This document shows, in pieces, positions 1 to 9,606 of a stretch of DNA of 64,000 bases. Each line of letters starts with the position of its first letter. Position 1 is the stretch's first letter. The DNA is from an uncultured Nitrososphaerales archaeon (GTDB taxonomy: Archaea > Thermoproteota > Nitrososphaeria > Nitrososphaerales > Nitrososphaeraceae). The stretch is from positions 96,001 through 160,000 of the forward strand of contig CAWJCY010000003.1 in the NCBI GenBank assembly GCA_963841565.1. The letters are read 5' to 3'. The translations under genes and the position numbers were made by a program. The notes under the pieces are model-generated. The model worked only from the letters and a program-made list of their open reading frames with translations. It searched no databases and was not told the DNA's origin.

Positions 1-812
1 AGGAATGCGCCGGCATTTCCTCCCGCGTCAGATACCATATCAAGTGTCGACATCACCAGTCCTGCACCATTACCAATTATTGCGATATTTCCCTGAAGCT
101 GCACAAATGAAAATCCATTTTTTTTAGCAAGAGATTCCAGCTCATTCGCTTCCTCATACTTGATCAACTCAGGGTGACGGAACAAAGCGTTATCATCAAT
201 AATGACCTTAGAGTCCAAGGCCACAATCGAGCCGTCAATTAAAAGCGCGGTTGGATTTACTTCTACAAGTTCCGCTTCCTTCTCGAAAAGCAATCTATAA
301 AGCTTCTGAACAAATTCAACAAATCTCTGACGATTTTCGCTACCTATATCTACCATTCCTGCAATTCTCGTGGCACTATCTTCAATATCATCTTTGGAAG
401 TAATATCCAAAATAAATCGATTCTCCGCCGATTCTATCTCTATCCCTCCTGCCGCTGATACGATCAGAGAAAAACACCTGGCACTACGGTTGAGATATAG
501 AGACACATACAATTCTTTGGAGATGTTTATGACTTCTTCAAGGAGAAGGCCTCTAGGTGACTCTCCTTCAATTTTCTTGTTTTGAAGGACAGTAAATTGA
601 TTTTCAACTTCATTCATATTTTTGCATTTCTTGATGGCACCCGCCTTTCCTCGACCTCCTACCGGGACTTGTGATTTTAAAACTATTGGAAATGCAAGTT
701 CATTGTTTAGAAGCGAGCGAGCTTCCTCGATCGAAAAAGCCATGCGAGATTTAGGGATCGGGATCCCAAATTCCTTAAATAGCTCTTTCCCTTGATACTC
801 TAGTAGCCTCAT
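1..812 (-). CDS. sucC: Succinyl-CoA synthetase beta subunit (partial, runs off the window start)
   Basis: Not in the ORF track. Reverse strand from ATG at 812 reads MRLLEYQGKELFKEFGIPIP...KSQVPVGGRGKAGAIK...ALDSKVIIDDNALFRHPE...GNIAIIGNGAGLVMSTLD, typical SucC motifs. Confidence 0.93.
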   Translation of the reverse strand, partial: MRLLEYQGKELFKEFGIPIPKSRMAFSIEEARSLLNNELAFPIVLKSQVPVGGRGKAGAIKKCKNMNEVENQFTVLQNKKIEGESPRGLLLEEVINISKELYVSLYLNRSARCFSLIVSAAGGIEIESAENRFILDITSKDDIEDSATRIAGMVDIGSENRQRFVEFVQKLYRLLFEKEAELVEVNPTALLIDGSIVALDSKVIIDDNALFRHPELIKYEEANELESLAKKNGFSFVQLQGNIAIIGNGAGLVMSTLDMVSDAGGNAGAF

Positions 813-979
813 CTCTTGGAGAAAAACTAATAAGCTTATTTATAATTCTATTCAATTTGTTATTAAACGCCCTAAATAATACAAAAGAAATACAGACTCA
901 CCAGATTTCTATTATAACTATCCTGATTGGCACCCTACGGTTTTAAAATTTATATATGTAATCTATAAATATTGAAAAT

Positions 980-1150
980 ATGTACGAGAAAATGACTGCT
1001 GTTTGGCTAATCATATTGACAATCATTGTTTGTGGAGCGGTTCCGACTCTGATGATATTTCTTACAACCATACCTAGCTCACAAATGTCTCTATATGCTT
1101 ATTTGACTCCAAGTGGTGTGCCAGCGTCCAACCTACAAATAGTGTATTGA
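980..1150 (+). CDS. Putative small membrane protein (56 aa)
   Basis: MYEKMTAVWLIILTIIVCGAVPTLMIFLTTIP... has a long hydrophobic stretch; TATA box TTTATATA at 949-956 lies ~24 nt before the ATG. Confidence 0.5.
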   Translation: MYEKMTAVWLIILTIIVCGAVPTLMIFLTTIPSSQMSLYAYLTPSGVPASNLQIVY

Positions 1151-1253
1151 ATGGTTGATCGTTTCTTACTTTCGGAACAAAAATCGACCTGTCTTGTATT
1201 CCATAGTGGACTCTTCCAAATGTATTTAACGTCGAATGGAGTAGTTTAGTTAA

Positions 1254-2399
1254 ATGGGCAATTTCCTTCGGAGGAGGACGCCTAATAAGGATCAAAGTGA
1301 AGTCTCTGCTCGCTCTAGTGAAGAGGAGCAACTGGATATTAGAGAAATTCAAAAAACTGACCAATACAAGAAAGGAATTTCACATATGTCTGACGACAAA
1401 ATGGAAGATGCGATTAGAGATTTTGATTTGGCTTTACGTTTAGACCCCAGTTATGTTGACGCATGGATCAAAAAGGGTTATGCTCATTTTCATTTGGACG
1501 AGTTTACAACGGCCATTTCATGCTACGATAAAGCTCTTGAAATCGACATCAACAATGCAGAAGCTTGGAACCTAAAGGGATTAGCATTCTATAGGCTGAA
1601 AAATTATGAAAAAGCAATTCAAGCTTGTGAAAATGCAATAGATTACGATCCAAACGACGGTATGGCCTGGTATAATTTGGCTTGCTACTTGGTTCTTAGC
1701 AGAAACGTAGCAGACGGATTGGAGGCGCTCAAGCGTTCTATCGAAATTGATATCTCTTTCGCTAGGAAGGCCGTTCGTGATCGAGATTTTGAATACGCGA
1801 GGGCTGAGGAAGGATTTAGGCGCATTGTTGAAGTTGTAGTTCTTGAAGCTATTCGACAAGGTTACAATTATCCTGGTAAAATAGTTTGGATCACTTCGAT
1901 GGACAAGGAAGAAGTTGACTACGCTCTCACTAGATTAGCAATGAAGGGCTTGGTTGTGCGGAGGGAACAAAGATATGGATACTATCCATTTGGCAGGAGG
2001 GAAGAGTATTATGAATTGGCAAAGACTATCGCAGAAAGAGTAGGAAATACTAAGCGAACAGGGTTTCTACATAAAACTAAAACGATCTCAGCGCCTGTCC
2101 AGCAGCTACGAGATATAAGTGAAATACTGGGAGATGCCAAGATGGCAATAGAGAAAGGAGATTTGGACGCTACGACTAATAATTTTGAATTATTAATTAA
2201 TCCTAGCAAACACGGGGCAGCAATGATTGAACAATTTTTTGACGATCACCGTGATCTTAGGTTGTATCAGATAAGGTTGAAGGATAGGGGTCTTGAATAT
2301 CTTAATTCACACAAAGTGGACTTGTTAAACCTAGTGGAGAATCTAGATGCCAAGATTCGAGCTGGTCCAGTTTCGAGTTCGCAGCCCAAAGGTCAATAG
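1254..2399 (+). CDS. TPR-repeat protein with a possible winged-helix segment
   Basis: Repeats such as AWIKKGYAHFHL..AISCYDKALEID, AWNLKGLAFYRL, AWYNLACYL; later EEVDYALTRLAMKGLV resembles wHTH. Confidence 0.85.
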   Translation: MGNFLRRRTPNKDQSEVSARSSEEEQLDIREIQKTDQYKKGISHMSDDKMEDAIRDFDLALRLDPSYVDAWIKKGYAHFHLDEFTTAISCYDKALEIDINNAEAWNLKGLAFYRLKNYEKAIQACENAIDYDPNDGMAWYNLACYLVLSRNVADGLEALKRSIEIDISFARKAVRDRDFEYARAEEGFRRIVEVVVLEAIRQGYNYPGKIVWITSMDKEEVDYALTRLAMKGLVVRREQRYGYYPFGRREEYYELAKTIAERVGNTKRTGFLHKTKTISAPVQQLRDISEILGDAKMAIEKGDLDATTNNFELLINPSKHGAAMIEQFFDDHRDLRLYQIRLKDRGLEYLNSHKVDLLNLVENLDAKIRAGPVSSSQPKGQ

Positions 2400-2515
2400 A
2401 GATTCTGTGAGGCCTTGGCTTGATTTTGGTCTAATCATGCGAATATGTAATTTGTATTTTTTTATCCATGATGGAGTAAATAATATATTTACATGTACAA
2501 AGTACTTTCATTAGT

Positions 2516-3340
2516 ATGGCAAGGATATTTTCGGAAGTAAGCGAAAGCGAAATCACAAGAACAATAACTTCAATGTTTAATGATACACTGCAGGAATATT
2601 CTCAATCAGATGTAATCGTGATTGGTGGAGGTCCAGCTGGCCTGACGGCTGCCAGGGGGTTAGCTAATAACGGGATAAAAACATTGGTGATTGAACAAAA
2701 CAATTACCTTGGTGGCGGATACTGGGTTGGAGGTTACATGATGAATCCTGTTACGGTAAGAGCACCTGCTCAAATGGTTTGGGAAGAATTGGGAGTACGG
2801 TACAAGAAGATAAGCGATAGCTTATATGCAACTTGGGGTCCGGAGGCATGTTCTAAGCTCATTGCCGGAGCATGTGAGGCAGGAGTTCGGTTTTTGCAAC
2901 TTACAAAGTTTGATGATTTGGTTCTTAAGAACAAGCGGGTAGGTGGTGTTGTTGTAAATTGGATGCCGGTTTCAGCCCTCCCAAGGAATATTACGTGCGT
3001 GGACCCTATTGCGCTAGAAAGTAGGATCGTAGTTGATGCATCTGGACATGATTCAGTTGCAGTCAAGAGGTTAATGCAAAGAGGTCTAGTTGATTGGAAA
3101 GGGATGGACCCTATGTGGGTAGATGGGGGAGAAGATGCGGTAGTAGAAAACACCGCTGAAATATTTCCGGGACTAGTGGCGACGGGTATGTGTGTGACTG
3201 AGACATTTGGTTTGCCTAGAATGGGACCGACGTTCGGTTCTATGCTTCTATCTGGAAAGAAGGTCGCAGAAATCGTGACTGACAAACTAAAAGGGTTATC
3301 TGAATTTCCAAAGGTTAAAGTAAAAAACGCAAAAAAGTAA
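2516..3340 (+). CDS. thi4: Thiazole synthase Thi4
   Basis: DVIVIGGGPAGL, GGGYWVGG, CVDP, DASGHD, GLPRMGPTFGSMLLSG motifs. Confidence 0.95.
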   Translation: MARIFSEVSESEITRTITSMFNDTLQEYSQSDVIVIGGGPAGLTAARGLANNGIKTLVIEQNNYLGGGYWVGGYMMNPVTVRAPAQMVWEELGVRYKKISDSLYATWGPEACSKLIAGACEAGVRFLQLTKFDDLVLKNKRVGGVVVNWMPVSALPRNITCVDPIALESRIVVDASGHDSVAVKRLMQRGLVDWKGMDPMWVDGGEDAVVENTAEIFPGLVATGMCVTETFGLPRMGPTFGSMLLSGKKVAEIVTDKLKGLSEFPKVKVKNAKK

Positions 3341-3748
3341 ATTCAAACCTATATTCAGATAGAATAGAGTCGATCAATTCTACAAATAGTTTCGTGTACT
3401 AGCGAACAGATACCATCTCCATTTTTATTTCTGAGGAATATTGCTGTTAACCTTCATTTCTCTGTCCTGCTTGATTTTTTGTGGCAATACCAAGGTCGGG
3501 CAATCTAATCGCGTCAAAATTTTGGAAAGTTCGTTATTATTATCGGATGACCTTTATCGTGTATTAAATGCGGTCAATTGAAGAACTATGAGTCATGGCA
3601 GCACTTGCCATGTCAGTACGATTTAGGAGGACCTTTTGGCTTTACAACTTAGTTAGCATGCTATCCATTGTCGTCTGCTAACAACGAATATAGCAACACT
3701 TCCGAACGAATTATTAACAGGTGGGTACTCCTTAGATCCTAAAAATCC

Positions 3749-4726
3749 ATGTCCAATGATCCTCGCAGAAGCGAAAACAACTCATCTCACAGACCTGAAA
3801 CTTACGAAGTGATAATAATTGGATCCGGACCAGCAGGTTATACCGCTGGGGTATATACATCTAGAGCTAAATTGAACACGCTTCTAATCTCAGGATCTTT
3901 GCCCGGAGGGCAGCTGATGACGACAAGCGAGGTGGAAAATTATCCTGGATTTCCAAATGGAATTTTCGGCCCTGAATTGATGATGAATATGCGCCAACAG
4001 GCAGAAAGATTTGGGGCTAAACTTTTAGATGATGAAGTAGTGGAGGTCGATTTCAAAAAGAGGCCTTTCGGAATTAAGACCCACGGCCAGGAATTTCGTT
4101 CCGAGTCAGTTGTTATTTGTACTGGGGCATCACCGCGTAAGCTGGGCTTAAGAGCTGAGCAAGAGTTCGCGGGTAAAGGGATCTCATACTGTGCAACATG
4201 TGATGGACCCTTTTTCAAAGGAGAGGATATTGCAGTCGTAGGAGGGGGCGATACTGCAATTGAAGAAGCAACCTTCCTGACAAAATTTGGAAAATCAGTG
4301 AAAATAATACATAGAAAGGATTTCCTGCGAGCAAGCAAGATTCTTCAAGAAAAAGCCTTTGAGAACCCAAAGATTGATTTTGTCTGGGATCATGTGGTAT
4401 CCGATATTAGCGGCAATAAGAAGATCAATAGTATCTCTGTCAGAAATCTTAGAACTGGAGAAGAAAGGAAGATACCAGTAGGTGGCCTTTTTGTTGCGAT
4501 AGGTCATGAACCAAATACATCCATATTTAAGGGACAACTCGAGCTCGATGACAGAGGTTATATCGTTCTAACAAAGAATACTAAAACAAGCGTTGATGGG
4601 GTATTCGCAGCAGGTGACGTGCACGATTACAGATATCGACAGGCGATCACAGCTGGGGGATTTGGATGTATGGCGGCGTTAGACGTCGAAAAGTGGTTAG
4701 TGGAAATTCGAGGAGCAGGACTATAA
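3749..4726 (+). CDS. trxB: Thioredoxin-disulfide reductase
   Basis: GSGPAG FAD motif, CATCDG redox motif, GGGDTA NADPH motif, AAGDV..YRQAITA. Confidence 0.97.
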   Translation: MSNDPRRSENNSSHRPETYEVIIIGSGPAGYTAGVYTSRAKLNTLLISGSLPGGQLMTTSEVENYPGFPNGIFGPELMMNMRQQAERFGAKLLDDEVVEVDFKKRPFGIKTHGQEFRSESVVICTGASPRKLGLRAEQEFAGKGISYCATCDGPFFKGEDIAVVGGGDTAIEEATFLTKFGKSVKIIHRKDFLRASKILQEKAFENPKIDFVWDHVVSDISGNKKINSISVRNLRTGEERKIPVGGLFVAIGHEPNTSIFKGQLELDDRGYIVLTKNTKTSVDGVFAAGDVHDYRYRQAITAGGFGCMAALDVEKWLVEIRGAGL

Positions 4727-4760
4727 CATTTACTGGCTCTTCAAGGCATTTTCTTTGAGG

Positions 4761-5768
4761 CTAATCGGCATCAAAAGCGAGTGATGGGAGATGCTCTGAC
4801 TCGGCCATTATTTTGGCAATCTGTCCCTCGTCGAACAATTTCAATTGTTGATAAAGTGTCTTAAATTTCCTACCGTCGTCTGCAAATATGCCTACAATAG
4901 AGCCTGCGCTCTTCATTCCTTGTGAAATCTTTACCATTGCGGACATCACTGCACCAGTCGAGGGTCCGACAAATAGCTTTTCTTTTTCGGCCAATTCTTT
5001 TACCATCAAAAATGATTCATCGTTGGTGGCCGTGTACCATTCATCAGCTACATGTTTTCTTCGAAGGAAGAGATCTGGCATAGCGGATTCTTCAAAATTC
5101 CTCAAACCTTGCAACAAATGATTTCTTTGCGCTTGTACGGCTATGACACGGATATGTTGATTTTTTTCCTTCAAGAACGTCGCTGTGCCTGTGATTGTTC
5201 CCCCAGTCCCGCACCCCGTAACAAAATGGGTAACACTACCATCAGTTTGTTCCCATATTTCAGGTCCTGTCGCTTCATAATGAGACAAAAAATTAGCATC
5301 ATTTTCGTATTGATTAGGCATGTAGTATATATCAGGTCTTGGCTTCGAGATAGCCTTCGCAAGCGCTATACTCTGATCAGTACCTGCTCCTACCCTTGGA
5401 CAAAGATCATCTGTAGTTTCATGTAAACTAACTCCCAATTTTCTCAAAAGTGATTTGGTCTCCTGGCTCACCTTTTCAGGGATAACTATCTCAACCTTAT
5501 AACCTAGAGCAGTGGCGATCCCAGCCAGAGCGATTCCAGTATTACCTGAGCTAGGTTCGATAATGATACTAGAATCCTTTCTAAGCAATCCTTTCCTCTC
5601 ACCATCCTTGATCATCCAATATGCGGGTCTATCTTTTACTGACCCAAACGGGTTATACCATTCGAGTTTAGCATAAAATTTTACGTATTTGGTTGAAAAA
5701 GAAGAAAGTTCTACGAGTGGAGTATTCCCAATACGTTCAGCAGCTTTCGCTTGAGCTAATGTGGCCAT
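4761..5768 (-). CDS. cysM: PLP-dependent cysteine synthase family protein
   Basis: IGNTPLV, KLEWYNPFGSVKDR (PLP Lys), SSGNTG, NQYEN, GCGTGGT. Confidence 0.88.
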   Translation of the reverse strand: MATLAQAKAAERIGNTPLVELSSFSTKYVKFYAKLEWYNPFGSVKDRPAYWMIKDGERKGLLRKDSSIIIEPSSGNTGIALAGIATALGYKVEIVIPEKVSQETKSLLRKLGVSLHETTDDLCPRVGAGTDQSIALAKAISKPRPDIYYMPNQYENDANFLSHYEATGPEIWEQTDGSVTHFVTGCGTGGTITGTATFLKEKNQHIRVIAVQAQRNHLLQGLRNFEESAMPDLFLRRKHVADEWYTATNDESFLMVKELAEKEKLFVGPSTGAVMSAMVKISQGMKSAGSIVGIFADDGRKFKTLYQQLKLFDEGQIAKIMAESEHLPSLAFDAD

Positions 5769-5772
5769 ACCC

Positions 5773-6021
5773 CTATTTTCCCTTTTTTATCATAAATTCC
5801 AGATCCGGTTTAATCAGGTTTACTGAAAGCAACTCGTGACCATTCCTATTGACCCATCTTGAGATATCTTCTTCAGAGGCAGGATCGTCAGCGATTACTT
5901 TGATTATCTCCCCTTTGGCAAGTCGTTCCATTTCTATTTTGGTCCTAAATACAGGCTCAGGACAATACAGCCCCCTCACATCAATTGTTTTTGTCGGAGC
6001 AATGTCACTTTTGGCACTCAA
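5773..6021 (-). CDS. tusA: TusA/SirA-family sulfurtransferase
   Basis: IDVRGLYCPEP (CPxP motif), ADDPASEEDI. Confidence 0.9.
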   Translation of the reverse strand: MSAKSDIAPTKTIDVRGLYCPEPVFRTKIEMERLAKGEIIKVIADDPASEEDISRWVNRNGHELLSVNLIKPDLEFMIKKGK

Positions 6022-6034
6022 CGAATAAATTATT

Positions 6035-6069
6035 TTGAGTTCTCAAGATATTAAATGTTTAGAAACATT
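6035..6069 (-). promoter_or_regulatory. tusA-cysM promoter: TATA box flanked by two palindromes
   Basis: Minus-strand TTTAATAT (6048-6055) ~27 nt before the TTG start; palindromes TTGAG-TT-CTCAA (6035-6046) and AATGTTT-AG-AAACATT (6054-6069). Confidence 0.5.
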
Positions 6070-6088
6070 CTGACAACGTAGAAGTCTT

Positions 6089-6857
6089 CTATCTAAAAAG
6101 GTCATAAACACTATCCCGCACTAGGGACCTCGCGGAACTGCTCTCCGTGGAAGAAAAATCATATCCTCTTACAATGGCAACAGGCACCCTCTCTGTTTTA
6201 CCCATTACGAGTTCTGCAGCTGATGCAAGTTCGTCAGCGACCGCAATTTCCGTAATCCTAAGCATGTTGCCGTACATATCGGATCGCCCTATGTCAGCTT
6301 TTTATCGAATCTATACCCGATACTCCAATTGCAACATTTGTCTGTCCTAATCTAAAAGGCCTTCCAAATGTATCTGACACTACGACGGCAATATTAACGC
6401 CAATCGACTCGGCAATTGCTTGTCTGATTCGTTTAGCAGATAGGTCTGGATCCATGGGTAAAAGCGATACAAAGCCTTCTCCAGGACTACATACGTTACT
6501 TTGATCTACTCCAGAGTTTGCACAAATAAACCCATGTCTTGTTTCGGTGATGATCAGGTTTTCCGAATACCTAACTAAATTCCTGGACTCCATGAGTATT
6601 AATTCTACAAACCGGGGGTCTTTCTTAGTCTTGCTGGCTAACTCCAATGCGTGATTGGACGGTTTTACCGTCGACAGATCTAGAATACGACCTTCAGATT
6701 TTGAAATAATTTTCTGAGTAACCACCAGTACGTCATGATTCTTCAAGGATACTCGGTTTGCCTTGAGCGAGCGCAGTAGTAATCTGCCAATATCATCACC
6801 TCTTGCTACGTCCTTTTCCACGGGTATCGGTATGATTTCCAAAGGTTGATTTGACAA
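6089..6857 (-). CDS. cofE: Coenzyme F420-0:L-glutamate ligase; +1 frameshift near 6295, probably a sequencing error
   Basis: ORFs 6294-6857 (TQKIISKSEGR, ANSGVDQSN, SDTFGRPFRLGQTNVAIG) and 6089-6277 (ADELASAAELVMGK..PVAIVRG) join as SIKSYIGRSDMYG when base 6295 is removed. Confidence 0.9.
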
Positions 6858-6874
6858 TTATGAGGATCTAAAAT

Positions 6875-7525
6875 CTAGATATTAGCCAAAACGGCTTTAC
6901 CAAACCTTTTTTCAAGTAAATTTAATAGTAGTGACAAATCACGAATTTCAATCACCGCATCAGCTTTTTCTCTTATTTTATCTACCGGGCAAAATCCCAC
7001 TGTGAATCCTGCGAGGGCAAAGAGTTTCAGATCATTTGCACCGTCAACCACGACAACGGTATCTTCCTTCTTAACTTCCCACTCCATCAACACACCCCTT
7101 ATCGCAGCTGCCTTATCAGAAGTAACTCTAACGATGACATCTTGCAGAAGTCCATTGGAAAAGATCAGCTCATTGGAAAATATTCTATCTAGACCCAGCA
7201 TTTCTTTCAGTCTATCCGTGATTATGGAGAAGCCACCAGAGACAGCGATCAATTTCCAGCCAGATCGTTTTAAGGCCTGACATATCTCTACCGCGCCAGG
7301 CATAATCTGTAGATTCTCGCCTATTTTCTTGGCTTCACTTTGAGGAATACCCCTGAGGGCATGAACGCGCTTTATGAGACCTTCTTCCCAGTTGATTTCG
7401 CCGCGTATTCCCTGCTTTGTAATATCCCAGATCTCCTTCTCCTTTTCTGGGCCCACAACCTGAGCTAGAACCGGAAGATACTCTGCATTTAGAAGAACTC
7501 CTTCAACATCAAAGACGACAAGCAT
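6875..7525 (-). CDS. serB: Phosphoserine phosphatase (HAD family)
   Basis: FDVEGVL HAD motif I, VSGGF, DGANDL. Confidence 0.85.
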   Translation of the reverse strand: MLVVFDVEGVLLNAEYLPVLAQVVGPEKEKEIWDITKQGIRGEINWEEGLIKRVHALRGIPQSEAKKIGENLQIMPGAVEICQALKRSGWKLIAVSGGFSIITDRLKEMLGLDRIFSNELIFSNGLLQDVIVRVTSDKAAAIRGVLMEWEVKKEDTVVVVDGANDLKLFALAGFTVGFCPVDKIREKADAVIEIRDLSLLLNLLEKRFGKAVLANI

Positions 7526-7704
7526 CTTGGGGATATTATTCAGACCTCTAATTTTACCATATATTAACTTTGTTTAGAACAAAACGTGTAGAACGATCTC
7601 CGCATCAGAGATACTATGTTATTGAATTGGACATTCGCACAAATCATTGTTATCTGCACTTGAAGGAAAAGCATTATATCATGAAATTACTGAAGCATGT
7701 ATGA

Positions 7705-7998
7705 ATGAATGAAGAAGCGACGGCTGAGACTAAATTCCTAGTTCCAGTGAAACAAGTAGAAAAATCGATAAAGTTATCGAATGATTCAAAAAATGAACTC
7801 AAGAGCATTGGGATGATGGACGATAAAGGAAAGTTGAAATTGAAGGGCGTTAGTCCACGTATGCTGAGGCGTATGAAACTCGAAGCGGTAGACTGTCCTG
7901 TACTTCAAACGGAAGTTGGATTTATTCAATGTTATGTGTGTAAAAACTTTCACAGCAGAATATCTGGACAGGTGTACTGCAGAGGAGAGCCTTTATAG
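7705..7998 (+). CDS. Hypothetical protein with four Cys (possible Zn binding)
   Basis: 97 aa; DCP...QCYVC...VYC; TATA-like TTATAT ~25 nt upstream. Confidence 0.7.
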   Translation: MNEEATAETKFLVPVKQVEKSIKLSNDSKNELKSIGMMDDKGKLKLKGVSPRMLRRMKLEAVDCPVLQTEVGFIQCYVCKNFHSRISGQVYCRGEPL

Positions 7999-8041
7999 GT
8001 CACCAAAACTTCATAAATCGATTCTGATCTGCCTTTCATAA

Positions 8042-9502
8042 TTGAAGATTCAAAAAGAATACGGAATAACAGTGAGGAAAGGCGACAATTTAAGCGAATG
8101 GTATAGTCAGGTATTATTAAAGACTGATCTTATCGACTACGGCCCTTCAAAGGGTTTTATCGTACTAAAGCCATACGGATATTCAATCTGGGAATCGATC
8201 AAACAGATTGTTGACGTTCGTCTTAAGGATTCTGGCCATCAAAATGCATACCTTCCAACTGTTATTCCCGAAAGTTTGCTAAGAAAGGAAGAAGTTCACT
8301 TCTCGGGGTTCAATTCAGAAGTATTCTGGATAACTAAAGCAGGAGATAATTCACTGCAAGAGAAGCTTGCCTTGCGTCCAACTTCAGAGGCAATCGCTTA
8401 TTATCTATTTTCTAACTGGGTTGACAGTTATAAGGACCTTCCCTTGAAACTTAATTTTTGGAATTCAGCAATGAGAGCTGAAATAAAGTCAACAAAGCCA
8501 TTTATTCGTAATTCTGAATTTCTATGGCAGGAGGGTCATACAGTACATACGAACAACAAGGAGGCAGAAGCGGAGGTTAGGTTTATACTCGATCTATATG
8601 AGAAAATATTGGCAGATTATTTGGCCATCCCCGTTTTGAAAGGAACCAAAACAAGGAAGGAAAAATTTGTTGGCGCGGTCGCGACTACAACGCTTGAGGG
8701 CATTATGCCGGATGGAAAAGCATTACAATTGGCTACTTCCCATAATCTCGGTCAGAACTTTTCAGTCCCATTTGAAATAAAGTTTCTTGGCAGTGACAAT
8801 CTAGAACATTATGCATGGCAAACCTCGTGGGGAATATCCTGGCGACTGATAGGGGCTTTCATTATGATACATGGGGATGATCGCGGGTTAGTCATGCCTC
8901 CAAAAATCGCTCCTATTCAAGTGGTCATGGTTCCCATCTATAAGAAGGAGCAGTCCAATCAGAATGTTATTCCTAGATCGTTGGACCTCGCATCGGAACT
9001 GTCGAAGGCAGGAATAAGAGTGCATTTAGATACTCGGGATGAGTTCACAGCAGGATGGAAATATAACGATTGGGAGAAAAAAGGTGTCCCCTTGAGAATT
9101 AACATTGGACCCAAAGAGATAATGAAGGAAGAGCTAGAAGTTGTTAGAAGGGATACATTGCAGAAGGAAATAATTCCGCAAAACAGTTTGGTCAAAAGAG
9201 TGACAGAATTATTAAATCTTGTTCACGCTAGCCTCCTTAAAAAGGCGAACGAGGCCCTTCGAAGGAGCATGAAGAACGCAAGCAGCTATCACCAACTTAA
9301 GGAAATGATCCACAAACAAGTAGGTTTTGTTTCTGCTGGATGGTGTGGTGACGAAAACTGTGAGATTTCGATTAAGGAAGAAACGGGAGCGGACATAAGG
9401 CTCATTCCCTTTGAAAGCAATAATACTTGGGATTCCACAGTCAAATGTGTTTATTGTGGTAAAAACGCCGAGTCAGTTCCAGTGTTCGCTAAGGCTTACT
9501 AA
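8042..9502 (+). CDS. proS: Proline--tRNA ligase (archaeal/eukaryotic type)
   Basis: LRPTSE, EFLWQEGHT, QTSWGISWRLIG, C-terminal ...FAKAY. Confidence 0.97.
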   Translation: MKIQKEYGITVRKGDNLSEWYSQVLLKTDLIDYGPSKGFIVLKPYGYSIWESIKQIVDVRLKDSGHQNAYLPTVIPESLLRKEEVHFSGFNSEVFWITKAGDNSLQEKLALRPTSEAIAYYLFSNWVDSYKDLPLKLNFWNSAMRAEIKSTKPFIRNSEFLWQEGHTVHTNNKEAEAEVRFILDLYEKILADYLAIPVLKGTKTRKEKFVGAVATTTLEGIMPDGKALQLATSHNLGQNFSVPFEIKFLGSDNLEHYAWQTSWGISWRLIGAFIMIHGDDRGLVMPPKIAPIQVVMVPIYKKEQSNQNVIPRSLDLASELSKAGIRVHLDTRDEFTAGWKYNDWEKKGVPLRINIGPKEIMKEELEVVRRDTLQKEIIPQNSLVKRVTELLNLVHASLLKKANEALRRSMKNASSYHQLKEMIHKQVGFVSAGWCGDENCEISIKEETGADIRLIPFESNNTWDSTVKCVYCGKNAESVPVFAKAY

Positions 9503-9606
9503 ATGCGATTCTAATCGGTTTAGGCACGCCCCGTCTGCCTTTGAAACCATTTGAATACAGAATTTTGGAGGGCAACTACTAGATATATAGGTCGTTAGCA
9601 GCTGTA

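Noticed and set aside
370-585. 71-aa + strand ORF, and the many other short antisense or overlapping ORFs in the track
   Set aside because: They lie opposite or within well-supported genes (here sucC) and show no motifs; treated as shadow ORFs.
1074-1364. 96-aa minus-strand ORF
   Set aside because: Overlaps the TPR gene start and the better-supported small ORF at 980; no motif.
3341-3748. Possible TPP riboswitch or ncRNA after thi4; hairpin CATGGCA-GCACT-TGCCATG near 3594-3612
   Set aside because: No TPP consensus elements seen; one 7-bp hairpin is not enough evidence.
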